A stretch of DNA of 32,000 bases from Promethearchaeum syntrophicum (GTDB lineage: Archaea; Asgardarchaeota; Lokiarchaeia; Sigyniarchaeales; Promethearchaeaceae), in NCBI RefSeq assembly GCF_008000775.2, contig NZ_CP042905.2, positions 750,001 to 782,000 on the forward strand, written 5' to 3'. Shown piece after piece: positions 16,524 through 24,526 of the stretch. Each line of letters opens with the position of its first letter. The stretch's first letter is position 1. The translations under genes and the position numbers were made by a program. The notes under the pieces were generated by a model, which worked only from the letters and a program-made list of their open reading frames with translations, searched no databases and was not told where the DNA came from.

Positions 16524-17855
16524 CTATTCATCTATTCTTAGATTTTCAGAATTAACAAATAAATGAGTCTGATCTATCTCTAAAAATAGTTTTTCATAAG
16601 ATAGTAAAATTCGATTTATTTCAGCATTTCGTTTGATTTCTCTATTACAAGTATATAGTGCCAAACAAGGTTCTAAATTAACATCGTTTATATATATTTT
16701 AAAGAACGTAGATTTTTCACTTAAAGATAAGCTTAAAATTGGTAAATTTGCTAAGATTAAAAATCCGAAATACGAAGCGAGTTTGAAAATAAGTGGAGAA
16801 AATGTGCCTTGGTTTGGATAAATAGTGTTTATTCCTTGATTTTTAAGTTCTTGCATCTGTTTAAAGATATAATGTTCAGGTAGAACATAACCAGATTCTA
16901 GTAAATCAATTTTAAAAGGTTTAGCATGAATTTCCATTAATGTTCCATTTAAAGATATTTGATCGTCCTTTAGACCAATTTCTCGAATACCAATAGTTTT
17001 CTCTTCTCTTATAATCGTTCCAAGATTATTAGATACTCTCATGGATAAATCATATAGATTTGGATTTTCCGGGCTCCACAGTTCGGGATTTTCTAAATTT
17101 ATAACTATTTTCATTAATCTACTATTATTTTGTAAAATATCAAAATCCCTTTCTGTATCAATAATTGAAACATTATCCTGCAATAATTCAAGATTTATTT
17201 TTCCCGTATAATCCTCATTCCCATTATTTAGAAAGGAGAGGGAGATACTTAATTCTGCATATTCCACTGAATTATTTGGATTAAAATGAAGTTTTGTATC
17301 CATAAAATGGCTAATTAATGCAATTTTTTCTTCAAATCTAACAAAAACATCTCCAAATATCCCATAATACTCGTTAATATTTGGTTCTATAGGATAACGT
17401 CTCGACTCTTCTGAAGTATCGATTCTTACCGCTAGAAAGTGTTCTTCAAAACGATCTTTAAATTCTTCTGTAATATCAAACTCAAAAGGAATAAATGCCC
17501 CATTAATTTTTCCCACTTTTTTTCCATTTATAAAAATTATTGCGGATTGTGCAATCCTATCGAAATGCAGATATATTTTATTCCCAATAAAATGCGGAGG
17601 AATTCTAAAAGTTTTGAAATACCATACAACTCCCGAATAGTCTTCTAATTTATCTTGGGGTTCTGTATTCAAGCAATGGGGTAAGAAAATTTTAATTTTA
17701 TCATCCAAATAAGGTTGATTTTCTTGTTTATGATAGTTTTGTTCGATACCGTTATTATTATGATCGAGAACAAAATTCCAAATTCCTTTTAGAGAAAATT
17801 TCTGCATATATATTCTAATATTAATGGTATAGAAATTAAATGATTTTATAAACAA
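16524..17855 (-). CDS. glycoside hydrolase family 2-like protein, truncated architecture (sugar-binding + Ig-like + partial barrel)
   Basis: GH2 N-terminal signature: YSGVVWYFKTFRIP...KIYLHFDRIAQSAIIFINGKKVG...GAFIPFEFDIT. Also LWSPENPNLYDL and IGIREI...ISLNGT. The ORF stops ~110 aa into the expected TIM barrel. The likely start is ATG at 17807 (MQKFSLKG); the track start is TTG. Confidence 0.7.
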   Translation of the reverse strand: MFIKSFNFYTINIRIYMQKFSLKGIWNFVLDHNNNGIEQNYHKQENQPYLDDKIKIFLPHCLNTEPQDKLEDYSGVVWYFKTFRIPPHFIGNKIYLHFDRIAQSAIIFINGKKVGKINGAFIPFEFDITEEFKDRFEEHFLAVRIDTSEESRRYPIEPNINEYYGIFGDVFVRFEEKIALISHFMDTKLHFNPNNSVEYAELSISLSFLNNGNEDYTGKINLELLQDNVSIIDTERDFDILQNNSRLMKIVINLENPELWSPENPNLYDLSMRVSNNLGTIIREEKTIGIREIGLKDDQISLNGTLMEIHAKPFKIDLLESGYVLPEHYIFKQMQELKNQGINTIYPNQGTFSPLIFKLASYFGFLILANLPILSLSLSEKSTFFKIYINDVNLEPCLALYTCNREIKRNAEINRILLSYEKLFLEIDQTHLFVNSENLRIDE

Positions 17856-17980
17856 AGAAGTAAAAAAAAAAATAAATCATTCCATTACCATTTTTCAACA
17901 TTCCCTTAACCATCATAACCTTTAGAGATTAATTATTTGCTGACCTAATTTCAAGGGAAATGAAAAGGAAAATATGTATC

Positions 17981-19225
17981 TTATTTAAGAAGAGAAAAAT
18001 CCGAATTCAAAGGGATTTCTAATCGCTGGGAAATTTTTTGGAGAACGGAATCGTTGGCAGAAACAACATTTTCGAGCAATTTTCTATCATCAAAATTAGC
18101 TTCCCAAATCAAACGTTCAATTTCACCTTCATTAAGAGATTGTGGATTAGAAACATATTGTTGGGCGAGTTCGTGGGATGATTTTTTATAGAATTTTTTG
18201 GCTTCATTAACAATTTCGATTAGATTGTAATATGAAGGATTATATTTTTTTATGATTTCTAATCCTTTGGGGCACAAATTCACAGTGGGCATTGCTTTGG
18301 AGAGAAATTGTTTGAAGAAGCGATCATTAATTCCGTGCAGAGTGCGGATAGGATTGTTTTTTCGGATAATAATACAAGATGAAAATGCTACGTTGGGTAA
18401 AAATTTGAGATGTGAAAGGTGATTGTGCGAAATATCGATTTTCAATAATTTCGGAAGTTCATTAGGCATACCTTTTAGGCTGGTTAGATTATTGCGAGCG
18501 AGTATTAATTCTTTGAGTGTGGGCATGTCTTCGGGGAGATATTGTAGATTAGTGATGTGAGTGCCGGAAATTTCGATTTTTTCGACATTAGGTAGGGATT
18601 CGGGCAGATTTTTTAAAGATTTGATGGGAATATGTTTGATTTTCATGTGTTTAAGATTTGGAAGAAGTGATGGAATTCCTTCAAGATTTTTAATGGGAAT
18701 CGAATCTAAAAAAATTCTGTCTAATTTCGGTAAATCTTCGGGTATTCCGTTAAGATAAGACACTTCGCATTTGCTGATAAAAAATCGTTCTAAAGATGGC
18801 ATTGTTTTTGAAAGTGGAGATAAATCAGAAATTTGAGGAGATTTGATATTGAGAATTTTTAGATTTGGGAGTTCTTCTGGGAATCCTTTAAGTGATTTAA
18901 AATCGGAGGTATTTATTATAAAAGTTTTAAGATTGGGTAAAATTTGAGGTATATTTTCTAAATCGGTTATAGAATTAGGAGGAAAATCGAATGTATTTAT
19001 TAAAGTTGCAGTTGGATAGTTATGATAAATATCTTTGATATGTACTTTATCCGATTTCTTATTATTATTTAAAGATGCAATATATAGAAATTCGGATTTC
19101 TCATTCACATCATCCCAGAAGTGCTGAGGATCTTTATATTTTTCCGGGCGTGTTCTCTTCATATTTTTTTCCTTCATCTCTATCAACCATATCGAGTAAA
19201 ACCTTTTAAATTTAAGTTGTCCCAT
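17981..19225 (-). CDS. leucine-rich repeat protein (~23-24-residue LPxLxxL units) with the same C-terminal domain as the 4013..5296 protein
   Basis: Repeats such as ELPNLKILNIKSPQISDLSPLSKT, DLPKLDRIFLDSIPIKNLEGIPSL and ELPKLLKIDISHNHLSHLKFLPN. The C-terminus PIRTLHGI...NLCPKG...KFYKKSSHELAQQY...EIERLIWEA...RKLLENVV...VLQKISQRL parallels that of the 4013..5296 product. Confidence 0.85.
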   Translation of the reverse strand: MGQLKFKRFYSIWLIEMKEKNMKRTRPEKYKDPQHFWDDVNEKSEFLYIASLNNNKKSDKVHIKDIYHNYPTATLINTFDFPPNSITDLENIPQILPNLKTFIINTSDFKSLKGFPEELPNLKILNIKSPQISDLSPLSKTMPSLERFFISKCEVSYLNGIPEDLPKLDRIFLDSIPIKNLEGIPSLLPNLKHMKIKHIPIKSLKNLPESLPNVEKIEISGTHITNLQYLPEDMPTLKELILARNNLTSLKGMPNELPKLLKIDISHNHLSHLKFLPNVAFSSCIIIRKNNPIRTLHGINDRFFKQFLSKAMPTVNLCPKGLEIIKKYNPSYYNLIEIVNEAKKFYKKSSHELAQQYVSNPQSLNEGEIERLIWEANFDDRKLLENVVSANDSVLQKISQRLEIPLNSDFSLLK

Positions 19226-19365
19226 GGATTTTTATAATATATCATAACATTAACATAAAATAATAATAATAAAAAAAATGTAAATTACTCTGATAATCTC
19301 CCCTTTAATTCTTTATTTTTTTCACCATAACTGCTTGGGTGGTTTTATAATAAGAATCCTAAAAA

Positions 19366-21174
19366 ATGAAAAGAAATCAATGGGTGCCTCCCATCATGAA
19401 AAAAAAAATAAAAAATATCATTGATACACGAAAGATCGTTATTTTTCTATTTTTAATCGGAATTATCAGCCAAAATATCCCTCAACTAAACCAAAAAGGT
19501 CAGAATCCGACAACATACATCGAAACCCCAACAAACTTTCTACAATTCAATACCATTAATTCACCGCCTCAGACTGCCGATCAAGGATTTGATCTCCAAG
19601 AAATTGGTGAATGGCATGATACCGATAGTGATTCGAGATGCGTTGTGGTTAAGGATGGGTTTGCCTACGTGGGTGGAAACAATAATGGATTTCAAGTAAT
19701 TAATGTTTCATCACCATCTGATCCGCTAAATATATCAGAATATGATCTCGGAAGAGATATTAATGATATTTGTATTCAAGGAGATTATTTATATTTAGCA
19801 GAAGCAGGATGGGGATTATATATTTATGATCTTACAAACGCTTCTAACCTAATAGAGATGGGACATAAGACAATTTATTATTTCGCTTTAGGTGTTTCTG
19901 TTCAAGATGATTTTGTATATTTAACATGTAGCTACGGATTAGTTATTGTTAATGCTTCTAATCCTACAAATCCATTCATTATTGGTGAATATGAAGCAAT
20001 TGCCCCGGTTCAAAATGTAGAGATTAAAGGTAATTATGCTTATCTTTTAGAAGAATTTAATCGTATAGAAATCGTTGATATATCAGATCCCGAAAATATT
20101 ATTAAAGTATCTCAGATCAATGCTAAAGTGTATGATCTATTCATCGATGAAGAATATGGCTATATTGCATGTTATGAGGGATTGATTATTACAGATATTT
20201 CAGATCCCGAAAATCCATTTGAAGTCGGATCCTTAAAGGAATCATTTTCTGCATCAAAAATTTTCATTAATAATCCTTATGCTTATGTTTTGGTTGGAGA
20301 TGATGGATTATTAGTACTAGATATTTCAGATCCCGAAAATCCATTTGAAGTTGATCATCTTGACAATGGAAAATATACTTATGATGTTTTTGCTGAAGGA
20401 AATTATATTTATGTTGCCAATGGCACATCTGGATTGGAAATCATTTATGATGGAGATTTTGACAATGATCACCTTTCGGATGATGATGAAATAGTAAATG
20501 GTTGCGATCCTTATGATTGGGACACCGACAACGATCTTATGCCTGATGGATGGGAAGTCCTTCATTCACTTGATCCGCTAGATCCCAATGCCGATGAAGA
20601 TCCCGATAACGATAATTTGAATAATATTGGAGAATACACTCATGGCACAAATCCGAATAACGATGACACTGATTCCGACAACTTAACGGACGGGGTTGAA
20701 GTTTCGACATATTTTACTGATCCTCTTAATCCCGATACAGATGAAGATGGGCTGACAGACGGAGAAGAAATCTACACATATTTCACAAACCCCAGAAGTG
20801 AAGACACCGATGGAGATGGATTATTCGATGAAGAAGAAATAAATAATTATTTTACCGATCCAAATAATAATGACACCGATTTTGATAATCTAAATGATAG
20901 GATGGAACTTTTTCACGAAACAGACCCCCTTAATCCCGACAGTGACGGAGATGGGCTGACGGACGGAGAAGAAATTTACATATATTTCACAAACCCCAGA
21001 AGCGAAGACACCGATGGAGATGGTTGGAGTGATAAACAAGAAATTAACCGCGGAACCGATCCTAATGACGAGAATGATCCGCAAAATCCCTTTCTATATG
21101 GGCTTTACTTCGCCGCTCCTATTCTTTCGATTGGCATTGTGTCCGCAGTTTTGGTTAAAAAATTTAAAAAATGA
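19366..21174 (+). CDS. cell-surface protein: N-terminal signal/anchor, LVIVD-repeat beta-propeller, acidic Ca-binding (thrombospondin type 3-like) repeats, C-terminal TM anchor
   Basis: N-terminal hydrophobic IVIFLFLIGIISQ. About 7 LVIVD-type units (GLVIVNASNPTNPFIIGEY, GLIITDISDPENPFEVGS, GLLVLDISDPENPFEVDH and others). About 8 DxDxDGxxDxxE units (DTDEDGLTDGEEI, DTDGDGLFDEEEI and others). C-terminal LYGLYFAAPILSIGIVSAVLVKKFKK. Confidence 0.85.
   Translation: MKRNQWVPPIMKKKIKNIIDTRKIVIFLFLIGIISQNIPQLNQKGQNPTTYIETPTNFLQFNTINSPPQTADQGFDLQEIGEWHDTDSDSRCVVVKDGFAYVGGNNNGFQVINVSSPSDPLNISEYDLGRDINDICIQGDYLYLAEAGWGLYIYDLTNASNLIEMGHKTIYYFALGVSVQDDFVYLTCSYGLVIVNASNPTNPFIIGEYEAIAPVQNVEIKGNYAYLLEEFNRIEIVDISDPENIIKVSQINAKVYDLFIDEEYGYIACYEGLIITDISDPENPFEVGSLKESFSASKIFINNPYAYVLVGDDGLLVLDISDPENPFEVDHLDNGKYTYDVFAEGNYIYVANGTSGLEIIYDGDFDNDHLSDDDEIVNGCDPYDWDTDNDLMPDGWEVLHSLDPLDPNADEDPDNDNLNNIGEYTHGTNPNNDDTDSDNLTDGVEVSTYFTDPLNPDTDEDGLTDGEEIYTYFTNPRSEDTDGDGLFDEEEINNYFTDPNNNDTDFDNLNDRMELFHETDPLNPDSDGDGLTDGEEIYIYFTNPRSEDTDGDGWSDKQEINRGTDPNDENDPQNPFLYGLYFAAPILSIGIVSAVLVKKFKK
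20194..20351 (+). repeat. perfect 32-nt direct repeat (20194..20225 and 20320..20351) within the surface-protein gene
   Basis: gatatttcagatcccgaaaatccatttgaagt occurs twice, 126 nt apart. A partial third copy, gatatatcagatcccgaaaat, lies at 20077..20097. The repeat encodes DISDPENPFEV. Confidence 0.95.
20746..21023 (+). repeat. 74-nt near-identical direct repeat (20746..20819 and 20950..21023; 4 mismatches) within the surface-protein gene
   Basis: Hand alignment: gatgggctgac[a/g]gacggagaagaaat[c/t]taca[c/t]atatttcacaaaccccagaag[t/c]gaagacaccgatggagatgg. It encodes DGLTDGEEIY(T/I)YFTNPRSEDTDGDG. Confidence 0.95.
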
Positions 21175-21183
21175 TTCCTACCA

Positions 21184-21189
21184 TTTTTT
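21184..21189 (+). terminator. oligo-T tract (T6) downstream of the surface-protein gene
   Basis: tttttt lies 10 nt after the stop at 21172..21174. Confidence 0.3.
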
Positions 21190-21474
21190 GATATAAAACT
21201 AGATGAACTAAGCAAATTCGGATATCCTAAATGTAAGTTTCCCCCGCAACATGCATCAATTGAAGTAGATTACACTTTTTAGGAGATAAATAATATGAAT
21301 GAGATTACATGTTAGATGAAGATTTCAAAGTAGAATCTGCACGTGAATTTATCGAAGGGTAATCACCCTATGAAGAAGACTTCCTAATCCCCAGATCAAA
21401 TTTGACTGTTTGCCTCATTTCAAAATTAAAAAAGGAGTTGCAATATGCTTCCTTCTTGTTAAAATTTCTGCATG

Positions 21475-21906
21475 TTAAATCATTTTACTTTTCATTGGAC
21501 GTTCCACATGCACACTAATTGCATTGCCTTTTTCGATTAATATTTTTTCAAAGTCATCAACCGGCATCTCTGGAATGGGACTTATTACTGACCACTCGGC
21601 AGTTTGCCCTTTTTTAATTACAACTGTTTGACCATATAAAAGAGAAAGCCCAAGTTCCCCAAATACCTTTGATACTTGGCTTAATGCTCCGGGAGTATCT
21701 GGAATAATTACCTTTATACGCATGAAAGTTTGATCTTCCGAAAAAGGTAATGGGATAATGCGTAATTCATTTTCCTCTGAATCCGAAATCAACATTATAT
21801 ATGAATTTTCTTTGAGTCCTAGCGCTTTCCGCATAGACCGAGGGATTACAATCCTCCCGCGGCTATCAATCTTCAATATCTCGGTTTCCTTCAAATTTTG
21901 GTACAC
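21475..21906 (-). CDS. AbrB/SpoVT-type DNA-binding domain fused to an ACT (small-ligand-binding) domain; putative regulator
   Basis: The N-terminal IDSRGRIVIPRSMRKALGLKENSYIML matches the SpoVT-AbrB swapped-hairpin signature. The C-terminal IKVIIPDTPGALSQVSKVFGELGLSLL matches the ACT beta-alpha signature (D.PG.l..v...l). GTG start. Confidence 0.78.
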   Translation of the reverse strand: MYQNLKETEILKIDSRGRIVIPRSMRKALGLKENSYIMLISDSEENELRIIPLPFSEDQTFMRIKVIIPDTPGALSQVSKVFGELGLSLLYGQTVVIKKGQTAEWSVISPIPEMPVDDFEKILIEKGNAISVHVERPMKSKMI

Positions 21907-22154
21907 CTAACTTAGTTATTGTATGAATATAATTACTTTATTAAAATTGAGATAAAAACCTTTATTAATGTTAGCCTATCATCATAGATTTTAGGAAGTC
22001 GATGAAGAATTAGTGAAATTTCTAAAAATTTTTTTTATATTTAAGAAATAAATATTAAAGCTGTAAATCAATTATTCTAATAAGAACTACTATGGAATTT
22101 TTTATTTATCCAACACATCGGTTCTAAAAAATACATAAGCGTAGTGAGTTTATT

Positions 22155-22706
22155 ATGTCACAAGATGATATGAAGGGTGAAATTCGCCAGCTAGTAATGC
22201 TGATGTCTTCAATTCGAGCAAAGGATGACTCGAGATATGAAGAACACGTTAATTTTAATAAAGAAATTATTGAATTCATTAAAAAAATTGAAGAAAACAT
22301 GAATTCTAATTGGGTAAAAATTCAGAAAAGTCTTGAAAATCTAAATGTTAAAATAGAAGAGTCATTAGATTCGTTATTAACAGGAATTAATCCTGATGGT
22401 ATTCGAGAAACTAGTAAATCTTTAAAAGACATTATGGTAACCATGGAAAAATCAATTACATCAATGAATTTGGAAAATGTAATGAGAGAACTGCGTGGTA
22501 TGTCGGGAAAAGGAATCAAAATTTCTTCAACTAGAACCGGTTCAGGAGCTGCTGAAACGGAAGATGAAGCTGAAGAAGATGCAGAATTAATTTCATCCTC
22601 TAAGGAAATATATGGATTTGTTCCTGATCATTTAAAAAAGAAGAAAAAGAAGAAAAAAGAAGATGAACCTCATCTATTAAAACCCAGCGATTTCTTTGGA
22701 AGCTGA
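22155..22706 (+). CDS. hypothetical coiled-coil protein with acidic/poly-Lys C-terminal tail
   Basis: 183-codon ORF with an ATG start. Helical heptad-like N-terminal 110 aa. The tail is AETEDEAEEDAEL...KKKKKKKKEDEPHLLKPSDFFGS. The 3' end overlaps the convergent aroD by 30 nt. No family recognised. Confidence 0.55.
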   Translation: MSQDDMKGEIRQLVMLMSSIRAKDDSRYEEHVNFNKEIIEFIKKIEENMNSNWVKIQKSLENLNVKIEESLDSLLTGINPDGIRETSKSLKDIMVTMEKSITSMNLENVMRELRGMSGKGIKISSTRTGSGAAETEDEAEEDAELISSSKEIYGFVPDHLKKKKKKKKEDEPHLLKPSDFFGS

Positions 22707-23393
22707 TTGTTCCCCTTTTTTATATAAATAATAAAATCTTTTTATAGAAATTTGTCCAGGAGCAGTGTGTAAAGTTTCTTCTAGTTTTGCATATGAAATA
22801 ATCGCGCCTTTTGTTATACTAAAAATTCGGGAGAAGAGGCCTTTTTTTCCCATATTAAAACAAATAAAGTTAATATTTAGGTCATCCAATTTATTGCATA
22901 TATTTAAAATTGTTTTATTATCTTGGAAAGTTTGAGCGAAAAAGACCATTTTTAGAATGGATCGTGGTATACTCTTATTCAAGGAACTATTTTCTAAGCT
23001 TGGGCATTTTTTAACAATTTTTGAGACCATCTTCATTAAATCTTGCTCATTTGGAGTAGATTTAAAATCATGGTAAGAAAAAATCACACCCACTCCATTT
23101 TTTATGGCTATCGAATAAATTAACTTCAAATTATCTTTAGTATTATGGGTTTCTATGTCAACAAATGAAGGTTTCGCCTCGATACATTTCTTTATCAGTT
23201 CAATAGTTTTTTGTTCTGGAATTTTCAGTTGAATTTCTTCATTTACTTCCTTCAAAGTTAGTATTACTGGAACGGGAACTGATTTAACAAGTTTCGATAG
23301 TTTAGATGAATTAATTTCCGTGATTTTTTTATAATAATCCAAGCGGAATTCAATGTATTGAGCATTTCTTTTCACTGCAATTTTAGCATTCAA
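22677..23393 (-). CDS. aroD: 3-dehydroquinate dehydratase, type I (N-terminus probably extends upstream of the annotated TTG)
   Basis: YIEFRLDYY, ILTLKEVNEE, FVDIE, IFSYHDFKSTP and ILKMVFFAQT (Schiff-base Lys region). The same frame stays open to 23504 and encodes PLPICVAIPV, the conserved first beta-strand. Confidence 0.85.
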   Translation of the reverse strand: MNAKIAVKRNAQYIEFRLDYYKKITEINSSKLSKLVKSVPVPVILTLKEVNEEIQLKIPEQKTIELIKKCIEAKPSFVDIETHNTKDNLKLIYSIAIKNGVGVIFSYHDFKSTPNEQDLMKMVSKIVKKCPSLENSSLNKSIPRSILKMVFFAQTFQDNKTILNICNKLDDLNINFICFNMGKKGLFSRIFSITKGAIISYAKLEETLHTAPGQISIKRFYYLYKKGEQSASKEIAGF

Positions 23394-23485
23394 TTTAGCT
23401 TTTAATATAGAAAAAACTGGAATTGCTACACAAATTGGAAGTGGATTATTTATTTTGTTTCCCCCTAAAGTTAATGTTACCCAAA

Positions 23486-24355
23486 CTATTTTAATTTCTC
23501 TAATTCAGCTATAACTACTTGTTTCATTAATTTCTTGTCCGGAGAAAATCCAGTCCACCATTCAAAAGCAATTATTCCTTGATTTATTAACATACCAACT
23601 CCAGATAGTACATTACATCCAATTGATGAGGCATCTTGTAATAATTTTGTATGAATGGGGGAATAAATTAAATCAACAACAAATAAATTCGGATGGAGCC
23701 ATAACGGATTAACCGGACTTACATTTACCTTTGGATACATTCCGACAGGTGTTGTATTAACAAGCATATCAGAATCCGCAATTTCTTTCTTAATTTCTTC
23801 TTTTTTCGATAAATTAATACCCTTAATAGAAATAGAATAATTTGAATTTAATTTTGATATTAGATCATTCATTCTTGCATCGGATCTGTTAATAATTGTA
23901 ATTTTGTCAACTTCCTTTGCTAGATAGAAAGCACAGGCTCGAGCTGCTCCACCTGCACCGAAAAGCACTACTTTTTTATTCTTTATGTTATAACCTGATT
24001 CTTTAACTGATTTTAAGAAACCTTCACCATCAGTATTTCGACCAATAAGTATTCCATCCTCATTTTTAATTGTGTTTATTGCACCAATCATTTCGGCCAT
24101 GGGTTCAATTATATCTAGATATTTCATAACAGAGATCTTATGAGGAATGGTTATGCTCGCTCCCTTGATGTTTAATGATTTTAATCCATCAATTGCATTT
24201 GATAAATCATTTGGAAAAACATTAAATGCAATATATCTATAATCAAGTTCTATTTTTTGAATAGCAGCGTTATGCATAATTACACTCAATGAGTGATCAA
24301 TTGGATGACCGATAATACAAAGGATTTTAGTTTTAGCTGTTAACATAATTCTCAA
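23486..24355 (-). CDS. aroE: shikimate 5-dehydrogenase
   Basis: IGHPIDHSLSVIMHNAA, GASITIPHK, GRNTDGEGF and GAGGAARA. The track start is TTG; the ATG at 24346 (MLTAKTKILCIIG) is the likely start. Confidence 0.92.
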   Translation of the reverse strand: MRIMLTAKTKILCIIGHPIDHSLSVIMHNAAIQKIELDYRYIAFNVFPNDLSNAIDGLKSLNIKGASITIPHKISVMKYLDIIEPMAEMIGAINTIKNEDGILIGRNTDGEGFLKSVKESGYNIKNKKVVLFGAGGAARACAFYLAKEVDKITIINRSDARMNDLISKLNSNYSISIKGINLSKKEEIKKEIADSDMLVNTTPVGMYPKVNVSPVNPLWLHPNLFVVDLIYSPIHTKLLQDASSIGCNVLSGVGMLINQGIIAFEWWTGFSPDKKLMKQVVIAELEKLK

Positions 24356-24526
24356 TATTCTTTAATGGATTTTTTTTTATATAGAAAAGTTTTTAACTTT
24401 TTCTTATATTAATTTAAGTGTTCTTCTTTTTATAGAAGTCTCGTTAGAATTTAAGCAAATTACTTTTTTGCACTACATAAATCTATCTAATTATTCTAAT
24501 TACTATGAAATTTTGAGTTTTTAAAA

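Noticed and set aside
21175-21474. 300-nt intergenic region with several tiny ORFs (for example MLDEDFKVESAREFIEG*) that could be remnants of a decayed gene or an ncRNA
   Set aside because: It has no ORF longer than ~17 codons, no convincing stem-loops or C/D-box (RUGAUGA...CUGA) arrangement, and no similarity to other parts of the window. The evidence is insufficient.
23486-23504. Programmed frameshift fusing AroE to AroD (a bifunctional enzyme as in plants)
   Set aside because: I noted this as one formal explanation of the missing aroD start. I saw no slippery heptamer or stimulatory structure at the junction, and the domain order (AroE then AroD) is the reverse of the known bifunctional enzymes. 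I keep it only as a minor alternative under the aroD finding.
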